From assembly GCA_963771275.1 (NCBI GenBank), contig CAVYSW010000009.1, positions 384,001 through 448,000 of the forward strand: DNA of 64,000 nt, in the 5' to 3' direction. Below, in pieces: positions 9,223 to 18,509 of this stretch. This stretch comes from an uncultured Gemmatimonadales bacterium. GTDB lineage: Bacteria > Gemmatimonadota > Gemmatimonadetes > Gemmatimonadales > GWC2-71-9. The notes beneath the pieces are model-generated. The model saw only the letters and a program-made list of their open reading frames with translations. It was not told where the DNA came from and ran no database searches. The translations under genes and the position numbers were made by a program. Position 1 is the first letter of the stretch. Every line of letters begins with the position of its first letter.

Positions 9223-9917
9223 ATGCGTCATCTCCTTGAAGCGCTCAGCGCCACGCTCAACGGCGCCCCACTGCTGGCCCTCGCCGGGGCCGCCGGCTGG
9301 GGCCTGGCGAGCCTGCTGCTGAGTCCCTGCCACCTCGCGAGCATCCCGCTCATCATGGGCTACGTGGGGGGGAGGGCCGTCCCTCGACGCGCCGGGCGGC
9401 GGGCACCGCCCTCGCGTTCGCCGGCGGCATCCTGGTGACCGTCGCGCTGGTCGGCGCGGTCACGGCCCTGCTCGGACGCACGGTCGGCGCGTTCGGCTCC
9501 GCGGTGACCTACGTCGTCGCCGCGGTCTTTCTGGTGGTCGGGCTCGAGCTGGTCGGCGTGATCGAGCTGCGGTGGTGGACGCCGGGACTCCACGGCCTGC
9601 GGCGGCGGGGGCCCGCGGGCGCGTTGCTCCTGGGTCTCGTCTTCGGCCTCGCGCTCGGGCCGTGCACCTTCGCGTTCCTCGCCCCGGTGCTCGGCACCGC
9701 CCTCACGGTGGGATCCAGGAATCCGCTGCTGGCCGTTGCGCTGACCCTGGCATTCGGTGTCGGCCACTGCGCGGTCATCGTCGCGGCCGGGACCTCGACC
9801 GGCCTGGTGCAGAGACTGCTGGCCTGGGACCGGCAGTCCAGGGGCCTGACGGCGTTCCGGAGAGCGAGCGGAGTCCTCGTGCTGGTGGGAGCCATGTACC
9901 TCGTCTATCGGGCATAG
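9223..9917 (+). CDS. ccdA: CcdA/DsbD-beta transmembrane electron transporter, frameshift in the G7 run at 9366-9372
   Basis: LLSPCHLASIPL and LGPCTFAFLAP, the two PC motifs; adding one G joins ORFs 9223..9438 and 9435..9917. Confidence 0.8.
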
Positions 9918-10002
9918 GATCGGCATGAACACGCATCGCGCGCGGCAGCATCGCGCCGCAACAAGGTGAGGCGCCCCGCGCCACGGAGGAAGGGGGACCA
10001 CC

Positions 10003-10095
10003 ATGGTGATCCGCGTGGTTGGACCGAAGTGCCCGCGGTGTAATGCACATCATTGGGTCCGCGCTCGCGGAACGGGGCGCTGTAGGCGGACCTGA
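10003..10095 (+). pseudogene. Internally deleted third MTH895-like thioredoxin copy (30-aa ORF)
   Basis: GGAGG upstream, then MVIRVVGPKCPRCN..., matching the N-termini of the two paralogs. The following bases read IIGSALAER in another frame, like the paralog C-terminus IIASALER. Confidence 0.55.
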
Positions 10096-10154
10096 CGGGC
10101 GGCGCCGTTCTGACGTCCGTCGCTGTCGTCGTCGCGAGGAGTGAGGAGCACGAG

Positions 10155-10556
10155 ATGGAAAGCCCCCAGGAGATCCTCAGCACCCGGAAACGGTACGCGC
10201 TGCTCGGCGCGTCGGCGGATCCGGAGAAATACAGCTTCGAACTGCTCGCCACCCTGCGGAAGGCGGGGTACGTGGTGTACCCCGTCAACCCACGGTACGA
10301 GACGATCGAGGGACTTACGTGTTACCCATCCCTCGCCGAGCTCCCCGAGCGCCCCGAGGTGGCGATTGCCGCCCTGGCGCCGCCGAACACGGAGCGCATG
10401 CTCGCGCAGGTCGCCGAGCGGGGGATCCCGGTGGTCTGGATGCCGCCCAACTGCGGGTCCGCGGGCGCCGTGGCCGAGGCCGAGCGGCTGGGGCTGGCGG
10501 TGATCCACGACGTCTGCCCGATCGGGCAGCTGCTGCAGATGGGCAGGGCACCGTGA
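10155..10556 (+). CDS. CoA-binding domain protein (YccU-like)
   Basis: ALLGAS.DPEKYS, VYPVNP, CYPSL.ELPE, VWMPP and IHDVC pattern. Confidence 0.85.
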   Translation: MESPQEILSTRKRYALLGASADPEKYSFELLATLRKAGYVVYPVNPRYETIEGLTCYPSLAELPERPEVAIAALAPPNTERMLAQVAERGIPVVWMPPNCGSAGAVAEAERLGLAVIHDVCPIGQLLQMGRAP

Positions 10557-10599
10557 CGAGTCCGAGGGGCCCCGGTTTCCGCTCAAGCGGCGCAGCCCC

Positions 10600-11283
10600 A
10601 TGAGCCAGCCGGGCACGCCGGGTCCGAGCCTGACCGATCTGGCTGAGCAGATTCGCCAGCTGCTGAGGCTGCATCTCCACACGCGTCGGTTCAAGAAGGG
10701 GGCGTTGCTCTGGCGTGAGGGAGAGACCTCGGGCCTGCTGGTGGCAATCACGACTGGCCGCGTGAAGATCTACCGGCTCCTGCCGACCGCTAAAGCCGTC
10801 ACGCTGTTCCTCTTCGGTCCGGGCGACGTCTTCGGTTTCCTCCCGTTCCTGGATGGGGGCGCCTATCCTGCGTACGCCCAGGCGATCGAAGACGTCGAGG
10901 CCGAGGTGCTGCCGCGGTCGGCGCTGCTCCAGGCCCTGCGGGCCGATCCGGACGTCGCGGTCGCGCTCATCGCGCTGCTCGGCCGCCGCCTGCGCGCGGC
11001 GATGGACCTGATTCAGGGGCTCTCCACGCCGGGAGTGCAGGCCCGGGTGGCTGCGGCGCTGCTCGCGCTGGCCGCCGAGAACCCGGCGAACGCGCCGCCG
11101 GTCATCACCCTGCCGGTCACGGCCCAGGAGTTCGCCGGCGCCATCGGCATCGCCCCGGAGACCTTCTCCCGCAGCCTGACCCAGCTGGAGGGCGCCGGAC
11201 TCCTGGCCCGTGAAGCCCCCGGGCGCTACCGGGTGCTCGATCTGCCCGGCCTCAGCCGCGCCGCCGCACCACCGGTGGAGTGA
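10600..11283 (+). CDS. Crp/Fnr-family transcriptional regulator (Cys-free, ETFSR recognition helix)
   Basis: cNMP-like domain (GRVKIYR, PGDVFG) and HTH GIAPETFSRSL. Confidence 0.88.
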   Translation: MSQPGTPGPSLTDLAEQIRQLLRLHLHTRRFKKGALLWREGETSGLLVAITTGRVKIYRLLPTAKAVTLFLFGPGDVFGFLPFLDGGAYPAYAQAIEDVEAEVLPRSALLQALRADPDVAVALIALLGRRLRAAMDLIQGLSTPGVQARVAAALLALAAENPANAPPVITLPVTAQEFAGAIGIAPETFSRSLTQLEGAGLLAREAPGRYRVLDLPGLSRAAAPPVE

Positions 11284-11294
11284 GGTTGGCCGAT

Positions 11295-11310
11295 CTTGAC
11301 CGCGGTCAAG
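11295..11310. promoter_or_regulatory. Fnr/Dnr-type box CTTGAC-CGCG-GTCAAG
   Basis: Perfect 16-bp palindrome between the Crp/Fnr gene and fmdE; variant of TTGAT-N4-ATCAA. Confidence 0.7.
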
Positions 11311-11397
11311 ACGCTGTGGGTTGCCATCCCCCATCCTTCCACTCGACGCCCGGCGCGGGGCCGGGCGAACCGAACTTCCGAGTGTGAGGTGAACGCC

Positions 11398-12039
11398 ATG
11401 ATTGACGCGCGAGAGTTCTTCGACGCCGGGCTCAAGCTGCACGGCCACAAATGTCCCGCCATGCCCCTCGGGCTTCGGGCCGGCGCGGCCGCGATGAATG
11501 CGCTGGGGGTCGAGCGGTCCCAGGACAAGCAGCTGCTGGCGCTGGTGGAGCTGGGCGACGACCACTGCGCCCACTGCTTCGGTGACGGCGTGCAGATGAT
11601 CACCGGCTGCACCTTCGGCAAGGGCAACATCCAGCAGTTGGGCTACGGCAAGTTCGGGCTCACGCTGGTGGACAAGGCGACCGGGCGGGCGGTGCGGGTG
11701 GTGCCGAAGGCGGAGGCGCAGCTCCAGACGAAGCGGACGCCGTTCTTCCAGGAGTACCGGATGAAGGGCGTGCCCGCGTCGAAGGTGCCCGCCGAAGTGG
11801 TGGAGCCGCTGATCGCGCAGGTGTTGCACGCGCCCGAGGACCAGCTGTTCACCATCGGCGAGGGGTTCGACTACGCGGTGACGAACCAGCCGGAGAACTT
11901 CCACTCGTTCATCTGCGATCGCTGCGGCGAGATGGTGGTGGAGCCCTACGGGCGGCTGGTTGGGAAGCATAAGGTCTGCATCCCGTGTCAGGCGGAGCTG
12001 ATGACCGCCGAGCGGACCGCGGTCGAGCGCGCGGCATAG
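11398..12039 (+). CDS. FmdE/FwdE-family protein with C-terminal zinc finger
   Basis: LHGHKCP..PLG.RAG, CFGDGVQ.ITGCTFGKGN and CDRCGE...CIPC motifs; ATG 11398. Confidence 0.85.
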   Translation: MIDAREFFDAGLKLHGHKCPAMPLGLRAGAAAMNALGVERSQDKQLLALVELGDDHCAHCFGDGVQMITGCTFGKGNIQQLGYGKFGLTLVDKATGRAVRVVPKAEAQLQTKRTPFFQEYRMKGVPASKVPAEVVEPLIAQVLHAPEDQLFTIGEGFDYAVTNQPENFHSFICDRCGEMVVEPYGRLVGKHKVCIPCQAELMTAERTAVERAA

Positions 12040-12055
12040 ACCGCGGGGGCCACCG

Positions 12056-12811
12056 ATGGTGCTGTATCTCGCGGTCTCCGTCATCATTCTCCTGGCGTCG
12101 TTCCTCTTCGCGATGCTGGGATTGGGCGGCGGGATGGTCTATGTCCCCGTCCTCACGTGGGCCGGGTTTCCGGTCAAGGACGTGGCCATCCCGCTGGGGC
12201 TCCTGCTCAACGGGCTCAACACGCTCCTGGCGCTCATTCCCTTCGCCCGCAACAAGCTGGTCGATTGGAAGGGCGGGCTCGCCATGGCGGCCGCGGCGTT
12301 CGTGCTGGCGCCGGTCGGCGCCTACACGGCGCAGTTCGTGCCGATCAAGACCCTGCTCCTCTTGTTCGCTGCGGCCGTGGTGGTGGCGGCCATAAGGATG
12401 ATCACCGTTGCCCGGCGGCCGGAGCCCGAGGCGATCATGTCGCTCGCGAAGCGATCGGTCATCGGCGGGTTCGTGGGTGGCTTCGCGGGCTTCATGGGCG
12501 GCATGCTGGGGTTGGGCGGCGGCTTCATCATCGCGCCGATCCTCATGTGGATGGGGTACCGGACCAAGGAAGCGGCCGCGACGACCGCGTTCGTGGTCAC
12601 CTTCTCCTCGCTCTCCGGCTACCTGGGGCACATGGCCGAGGGGCACATGAACTGGCCGCTCACGATCGCGGTCGTGGTCGCCGTCATCATCGGGTCGCAG
12701 CTCGGCGGGACGTTCATGTCCACGAAGGCGAAACCGCGCTGGGTCAAACAGCTCTACGCCGTCGTGCTGTTGGCGATCGCCGTCAAGCTTATCCTGGGAG
12801 TTCTGGGATGA
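12056..12811 (+). CDS. TauE/SafE-family (TSUP) anion exporter
   Basis: Duplicated GLGGG motifs (MLGLGGGMVYVP, MLGLGGGFIIAP); about 8 TM segments. Confidence 0.88.
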   Translation: MVLYLAVSVIILLASFLFAMLGLGGGMVYVPVLTWAGFPVKDVAIPLGLLLNGLNTLLALIPFARNKLVDWKGGLAMAAAAFVLAPVGAYTAQFVPIKTLLLLFAAAVVVAAIRMITVARRPEPEAIMSLAKRSVIGGFVGGFAGFMGGMLGLGGGFIIAPILMWMGYRTKEAAATTAFVVTFSSLSGYLGHMAEGHMNWPLTIAVVVAVIIGSQLGGTFMSTKAKPRWVKQLYAVVLLAIAVKLILGVLG

Positions 12812-13806
12812 GGCGAGGCGGCGCGGCGGTGGTCACGCTCGCCCTGGCGGCGCTCGCGTGGGTGGTGCCGGCCCGGGCCCAGGATCGCGTGGACTGGCAC
12901 GGGTACACCCAGGTGCGCTTCACCGAAGGCAGCGACATCTCGAGCTTCGCGATCCGGCGCGCCAAGCTCTGGATCGAGGGCCCCGTCCCGGTGAGCAAGC
13001 ACTTCCACTTCAAGGTGCAGGGGCTCTTTCGGCCGGCGAACGCCGGCGCCTTCGTGCTCCAGGACGGCTACGCCGAGTATCGCTGGGAGCTGGGGGCGGT
13101 GCGCGCGGGCCAGATGGTGCCCGATTTCGCCCTCGAGCGGCAGCAGCCGGACTACGACATACCGCTGGTGGAGCGCGCGGCGGTCATCAACGTCTTGGTC
13201 CCGGCCGCGACGACCATGGCGCGGGACATCGGCGCGCAATTGACCATCGGACCCGCCAACGGACCGTGGCACGCGAGCGTGGGCCTGTTCAACGGGAACG
13301 GCGCGAACCACCTGGCCAACGAGGACAAGCGGTTTCTGGCGACCGGCCGGGCGACGTACACCGCCCGCCTCGCGTCCGGTGTCGCCTGGGAAGCGGGCGC
13401 CTCCGCTGCGTTCCGCCGGTCCGGCGGCATCGATCTCAGCGGCATGCTGGGTGAGGGCGAGCCATTTGCCGGCACCGATACCCGTTGGGGCGTCGAGAGT
13501 CGGGTGACGGCCCCGCGCTGGCACGTCCAGGGCGAGTATCTCCGAGCCACGCTGGACAGCACGACGGCCTGGGGCTGGTACGCCCTCGCGGCGTTTGCGG
13601 TCACGGCGAGGAACCAGATCGTGGTGTCCACCGAGCAGCTCCAGGTCCCGAATCCGGACATCCCGCGCCGGCCGTGGTACATCCTCGGCTTCAATCACCA
13701 CATTGCGCGGGACCAGGCCAAGGTGATGCTCGACGGTCGGGCGCAATTCGAGGACCCGCGCACGAACTGGTCGGCGACGGCGCAGTTCCAGCTGTTCTTC
13801 CACTGA
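12808..13806 (+). CDS. Outer-membrane porin (OprO/OprP-like anion-selective family)
   Basis: Signal peptide ARA-Q; F.IRRAKL.I.G, LQDGY, RDIG and GLFNGNG motifs; C-terminal QFQLFF. Confidence 0.7.
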   Translation: MRRGGAAVVTLALAALAWVVPARAQDRVDWHGYTQVRFTEGSDISSFAIRRAKLWIEGPVPVSKHFHFKVQGLFRPANAGAFVLQDGYAEYRWELGAVRAGQMVPDFALERQQPDYDIPLVERAAVINVLVPAATTMARDIGAQLTIGPANGPWHASVGLFNGNGANHLANEDKRFLATGRATYTARLASGVAWEAGASAAFRRSGGIDLSGMLGEGEPFAGTDTRWGVESRVTAPRWHVQGEYLRATLDSTTAWGWYALAAFAVTARNQIVVSTEQLQVPNPDIPRRPWYILGFNHHIARDQAKVMLDGRAQFEDPRTNWSATAQFQLFFH

Positions 13807-13817
13807 GGTGTCGGTAG

Positions 13818-14401
13818 ATGACACGAATACATAGATCGCCCGGCTGGCATCGCTGGCTCGCAGGCCGTCCCTCGGTTTCGGTGGAGAGAACCATGGTCGC
13901 GATGCTGCTGTCGAGCGTGTTGGCCTCCGCTCCCGTCTCGGCGCAAGCGCCGGGCGCGGCGCCCACCGACTCGACACTGCGTGCCGCGCCGCCGAGCAGC
14001 GACGTGACCCAGGCCAACAAGCTGCTCGGAACGCTCATGAGCCCGTTCTGCCCGGGGCTCACGCTCGCCAACTGTCCCAGCGTCTACGCCGAGACGCTCC
14101 GGGTCTCGGTGCGGGAACGCCTCGACGCCGGCCAGGCGCCGGACTCGATCGTGGAGTCGCTGGTCGCCGCGTTCGGTGAGGGGATTCGGGGCGCGCCGCG
14201 GCCGCAGGGCTGGGGCTCGTCCTGTGGGCGCTCCCCGCCGTCGTGGTGGGTGTCGGCGGAATCGCCGTGCTGTGGTGGTTGCGAACCCGTGGCGTGCCTG
14301 CGGCCACGGTCCCGTCGCAGGGACACAGCGGTGCCGTGGGTTCCCCGGTCACCCCTGGCAACCTCGCCCGGCTGCAGGCCGAACTCCGGAACTTGGAATG
14401 A
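13818..14401 (+). CDS. CcmH/NrfF-like protein, frameshift in the G4 run at 14212-14215
   Basis: LMSPFCPGLTLANCPS..AETLR..VRERL..G...IV..LV..FGE.I..AP; adding one G gives GWGLVLWALPAVVV TM and a stop at 14401. Alternative start 13893. Confidence 0.65.
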
Positions 14402-15365
14402 GCGACGCCGTCACGCCTCCGCCCGGGGCGGACGTCCAACGGTCACGTACACGCGACATGCCGGCGCCGCTCGAGACCCGTCACCCCGAGCCCGACGTCT
14501 CGGTCACCCGCCTCCTGATCACGATGGTGCTCAATTTCGCGATCACGATCGCGGAGATCGCCGGCGGCCTGCTGTCGGGCAGCCTCTCCCTCGTCTCGGA
14601 CGCCCTGCACAACTTCTCCGACGGTATCGCCATCATCATCACGTATCTGGCGATCCGGCTCAAGCGGCGGGAGAAATCACTCAAGCACACGTTCGGCCTG
14701 AAGCGGGCCGAGATCCTGGCGGCCGTGATCAACGCCGCCGTGCTGCTCACGATCTCGCTCTACCTGTTCGATGAGGCCGCCCAGCGGCTGATCCCATCCG
14801 GCCCCCGTGCAGGGCGGCCTGATGGCGGGGGTGGCCCTGCTCGGCCTGGCGGCCAACGTGGTGGGGACCTTGCTGCTGCGGCCGGACGCCGCCCACAGCC
14901 TGAACGTGCGCTCGGCGTACCTCCATCTCCTCAGCGACGCCGCCTCCTCGGTGGGGGTCGTGCTCGGTGGCCTCGCGGTTGTCGTCTGGCGCGTCTATTG
15001 GGTCGATCCCGATCCTCACACTGCTCATCGGCCTCTACGTGCTGCGAGAGAGCTTCCGAATCCTGTCGCAGGCCGTTCACGTTCTGATGGAAGGCGCGCC
15101 GCCGGGGATCGACCTGCAAGCGCTGCGCGATGCCGTCGAGGCGCTCCCGGAGGTCGACGACATCCATCATCTCCACGTGTGGACGGTAGGGGAGAACGAC
15201 ATCCATCTGGAGGCCCATCTCAACGTGCAGGACATGCGGATCAGCGAGGGGGGCGAACTCCGCCGGGCCATCGAGATCATGCTGCGGGCGTCGTTCGGCA
15301 TCAACCACGTGACCATCCAGCTGGAATGCGGGCAGTGCCGGGAGGTGGGGTTGATCAAGGGATAG
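14398..15365 (+). CDS. Cation diffusion facilitator (CzcD-like), two +1 frameshifts (about 14793-14795 and 15008-15010)
   Basis: SLSLVSDALHNFSD, TFGLKRAEILAA, NVRSAYLHLLSD, IHHLHVWT and HVTIQLE motifs spread over three frames. Confidence 0.85.
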
Positions 15366-15384
15366 CCGCGTCCGCTCCGTGGCC

Positions 15385-16596
15385 TCAGACCCCCGCCTCA
15401 CCGCCGGGGTCTCGGAGCGTCGGCGCCGCCGTGGCCGCCCGGTCTGTCGCTGAGGCATCGGTGTTGACGAGCGTGGCACGCCGCCCGAGCCACGCCAGTA
15501 CGGTCCCCAGCACGATCCCGACCAGATAGCCGTAGGGGAGCCCCACCGCCGTGAGTCCCACGAGCACCGTCACCGGGAAGTCGCGGCCAGACGGCGCGAC
15601 GTCGCGCACGAGCCAGATGAGCCCCAACCCCTCGAACAGGAGCAGAACGCCGAGGACGGGGAGCGGGAAGGCCCGCACGATCTGGTCCATGCCTGGCCCG
15701 AACAGCACGCCGAGGGTGACGAACACCGAACCGTAGATGACGACGGACCCGCCGGTCCGGCCGCCGAAGGTGTAGTGCCCCACCATCCCGCCCGACCCGT
15801 GGCACGTCGGCACGCCTCCCAGCCAAGGATTGACGAGGTTCATCACGGCGTAGGTGAGCCCGATCTTGCGGATCGTGATCCGGCGCTCGGGGAACAGATC
15901 CTTGGCCAGCTGGTGGGTGGCGAGCACCGAGTTGCCCAGCGAGAGGGGGATCTGCGGCAGGGCGAGCAGCACGAAGCCGGTGGCGATGTCGGCGAGCCGA
16001 GGGATGTGCGTGGACGGGAGGTGCAGCCCTACACTCGCGGCCACGCTGTCGGGGTCCAACCGGAATGCCGCATACACCAGCCCGAGCGCCACGACGGGTA
16101 GGGCCGCCGGAAGCCGGCGACTTCCCAGCAGCAGCACCACCACAGTGAACGCGGCGCCGGCAAGCCAGTATCCAGATACGCCCTCCGCCCGCACGTAGTT
16201 CTGGAGCGCGATGCCCGCGAGCTGGAGGCCCAGGCCGAACTGAATCCCGCGCACCACGCTCTTGGGGATGACGCGTGCCAGCCAGGTAAGCAGGCCGGTG
16301 GACGCCAGGAGCAGCATGACGACGCCAATGGCGAGCCCGGCGCCGTACAGGACCGGCGCCGGCGTCTGCTGGGCGATGACGATGGCGGCCATGGCCTTGA
16401 GCGGCTGGACCGGCATGGGCATGCGGTACACCAAGCCGGTCAGGATCTGCATGGCGCCGAACATGATCAGCACGCTGGCGCCGCCCAGCTGCGCGGCCAG
16501 GGCGACGCCGACCAGGAGGGGAACGTCGGTGCCCATGTCACCGAAGGCGCCGGCCAGCTCGTGGCGGTTGAAGCGGATGCGCGGGGGTGGGATCAT
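15385..16596 (-). CDS. MOT1-like molybdate/sulfate transporter
   Basis: ELAGAFGDMGT, PMPVQPLKAMAA and PTCHGSGG..GHY.FGGRTG motifs; ATG 16596. Confidence 0.82.
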   Translation of the reverse strand: MIPPPRIRFNRHELAGAFGDMGTDVPLLVGVALAAQLGGASVLIMFGAMQILTGLVYRMPMPVQPLKAMAAIVIAQQTPAPVLYGAGLAIGVVMLLLASTGLLTWLARVIPKSVVRGIQFGLGLQLAGIALQNYVRAEGVSGYWLAGAAFTVVVLLLGSRRLPAALPVVALGLVYAAFRLDPDSVAASVGLHLPSTHIPRLADIATGFVLLALPQIPLSLGNSVLATHQLAKDLFPERRITIRKIGLTYAVMNLVNPWLGGVPTCHGSGGMVGHYTFGGRTGGSVVIYGSVFVTLGVLFGPGMDQIVRAFPLPVLGVLLLFEGLGLIWLVRDVAPSGRDFPVTVLVGLTAVGLPYGYLVGIVLGTVLAWLGRRATLVNTDASATDRAATAAPTLRDPGGEAGV

Positions 16597-16721
16597 GCGG
16601 CCAAGGTGCAGCGCCCGTGCCGGAACGTCCAGCACCCCCGTGCCGCGGGGCTCAGGCGCCACGGTGGCCGGGCCGAATGCCTCACCGCCCTCCGCCAACG
16701 GCTCCGCCCGGGGAAAAGGGC

Positions 16722-18509
16722 TCAGGCAGACCGGATCGCGACCTTCCCGTCACCCCCGATCAGCCCCCGCAGCGCCTCCTCCCCCACCGGCGGCTCGGCC
16801 AGCCGCGGCGTCACGTACACCCGTGCGGCGCGGTCGCGCACTGCCGCGATCGGCTCGCGCTCGGCCGCGGCCCGGCGGCGCAGGAGCCCATCGCGCGGGC
16901 CCGCCGCGGCGAGACTGCCGTTGATCACCCAGCCATGCGGCGTAATGCCGGCTCGCTCGAGATCCTCCGCCAGCGCCGCCGCTTCCAGCACCGGGGTCGT
17001 CTCCGCCAGCGTCACCAGCAGGATCTTCGTGTACTCGGCGTCCCGCAGCCGCATGAGCGGCGTCGTGACCCGCAGCGATTTCTCCTCGGCGTGGCGCAGG
17101 ACCTCCCGATGGTACGCGCCCGCCGCGTCGAGCAGCAGCAGCGTGTGCCCGGTGGGCGCCGTGTCCATGATCACCACCTCCCGCGCCGCCGCCGAGACAA
17201 GCCGCGAGAAGGCGTGGAACACCGCCACCTCGTCGGTACACGGCGAGCGCAGGTCCTCCTCCAGCAGGGCCCGGCCATCGTCGTCCAGCGTCGCGCCCAC
17301 GCGCTCGAGCACCTTGCGGCGATACGCCGCCGCCTCGGCCTCGGGATCGATCCGGCTGATGCGCAACCGCGCCCCGCCGTCTCCGACGGTCTCCGCCACG
17401 TGCGCGGCCGGGTCGGTGGTCGTGAGGTGCACGGCCACGCCCCGGGCCGCCAGCTCCACGGCCAGCGCCGAGGCGATGGTCGTCTTGCCGACCCCGCCCT
17501 TGCCCATCACCATGACCAGCCCGCGCCCGCGCGCCTCGAGCTGCGCGACGAGATCCTCCAGCGCCTCCGTGCCGGCGATCGCGGTCCCGCCGTCGTCGGA
17601 CCAGGGCACGACGACTGCCGCGTCGGGCCCGTCGGAGAGGAACGCACGGAGCGCCGGGAGCCCAACCACGTTGTCGGCGCGAAGCGGGACGTCGGTGCGG
17701 GGCAGCGCGGAAAGCTCCTCCGGCATCTGCTCCAAGGCCTCGCGGCCGGACGCCTCGATGGCCACGGCGAGCGGATCGGACCGATCCGTGGCCAGGAACA
17801 CGCCGTTCACCACCAGATGCTGGTTGCTGAGGCCCAGCGCCGCCAACTCGCCGCTGGTGCGCGCGGCCTCGGCCAGCGTCGCCCGTTCCGGACGGGCCAC
17901 CAGGATCAGCCGCGTCCGGTTCGCGTCGGCCAGCGCCGCCACCGCCTCGCGGTACCGGTCGCGCTGCATCGTGAGGCCGGACGCCGGCCCGAGGCAGGAG
18001 GCGCCACGCTCGTTGCTGTCGAGGAAGTCCGTCCACGCCGCGGGGAGCCGCAGCAGGCGCAGCGTATGGCCGGTGGGAGCCGTGTCGAAGATGACGTGGT
18101 CGAACTCGGCGGCGACGTCGCCCGTCAGCAGGCCGGTGAACTCGTCGAACGCCGCCACCTCCACCGTGCACGCGCCCGACAGCTGCTCCTCCATGCCCGC
18201 CACCGCGTCCGCCGGCAGCGTGCCGCGGTACGGGCCCACCACCCGCTCGCGGTACTGCCGCGCCGCCTCCTCGGGGTCGATGTTGAGTCCCCAGAGATTC
18301 GGCACGCCCGCCACCGCGGTGGGGGCCTGGCCAAGCCGCGTGCCGAGCACATCATCGAGGTTCGAGGCGGGATCGGTGCTCACGAGCAGCACCCGCTCAC
18401 CCTGCCCCGCCAGGCGTACGGCGGTCGCCGACGCCAGCGATGTCTTGCCGACCCCGCCCTTCCCCGTGAAGAAGAGGAATCGCGGCGCGTCCTCCATGAA
18501 CGGGGTCAT
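16722..18509 (-). CDS. arsA: Arsenical pump-driving ATPase
   Basis: Two GKGGVGKT and two DTAPTGH motifs; metalloid Cys in GACT, GASC and RSPC; ATG 18509. Confidence 0.95.
   Translation of the reverse strand: MTPFMEDAPRFLFFTGKGGVGKTSLASATAVRLAGQGERVLLVSTDPASNLDDVLGTRLGQAPTAVAGVPNLWGLNIDPEEAARQYRERVVGPYRGTLPADAVAGMEEQLSGACTVEVAAFDEFTGLLTGDVAAEFDHVIFDTAPTGHTLRLLRLPAAWTDFLDSNERGASCLGPASGLTMQRDRYREAVAALADANRTRLILVARPERATLAEAARTSGELAALGLSNQHLVVNGVFLATDRSDPLAVAIEASGREALEQMPEELSALPRTDVPLRADNVVGLPALRAFLSDGPDAAVVVPWSDDGGTAIAGTEALEDLVAQLEARGRGLVMVMGKGGVGKTTIASALAVELAARGVAVHLTTTDPAAHVAETVGDGGARLRISRIDPEAEAAAYRRKVLERVGATLDDDGRALLEEDLRSPCTDEVAVFHAFSRLVSAAAREVVIMDTAPTGHTLLLLDAAGAYHREVLRHAEEKSLRVTTPLMRLRDAEYTKILLVTLAETTPVLEAAALAEDLERAGITPHGWVINGSLAAAGPRDGLLRRRAAAEREPIAAVRDRAARVYVTPRLAEPPVGEEALRGLIGGDGKVAIRSA

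Noticed and set aside
11398..12039. FmdE as evidence of methanogenesis or formylmethanofuran dehydrogenase
   Set aside because: No catalytic fmd/fwd subunits nearby; stand-alone FmdE-family genes are widespread in bacteria.
6110..15365. Selenocysteine or programmed frameshifting as the explanation for split redox genes
   Set aside because: The breaks are frame changes in G/C runs, not in-frame UGA at Cys positions, and there are no slippery A-rich heptamers.
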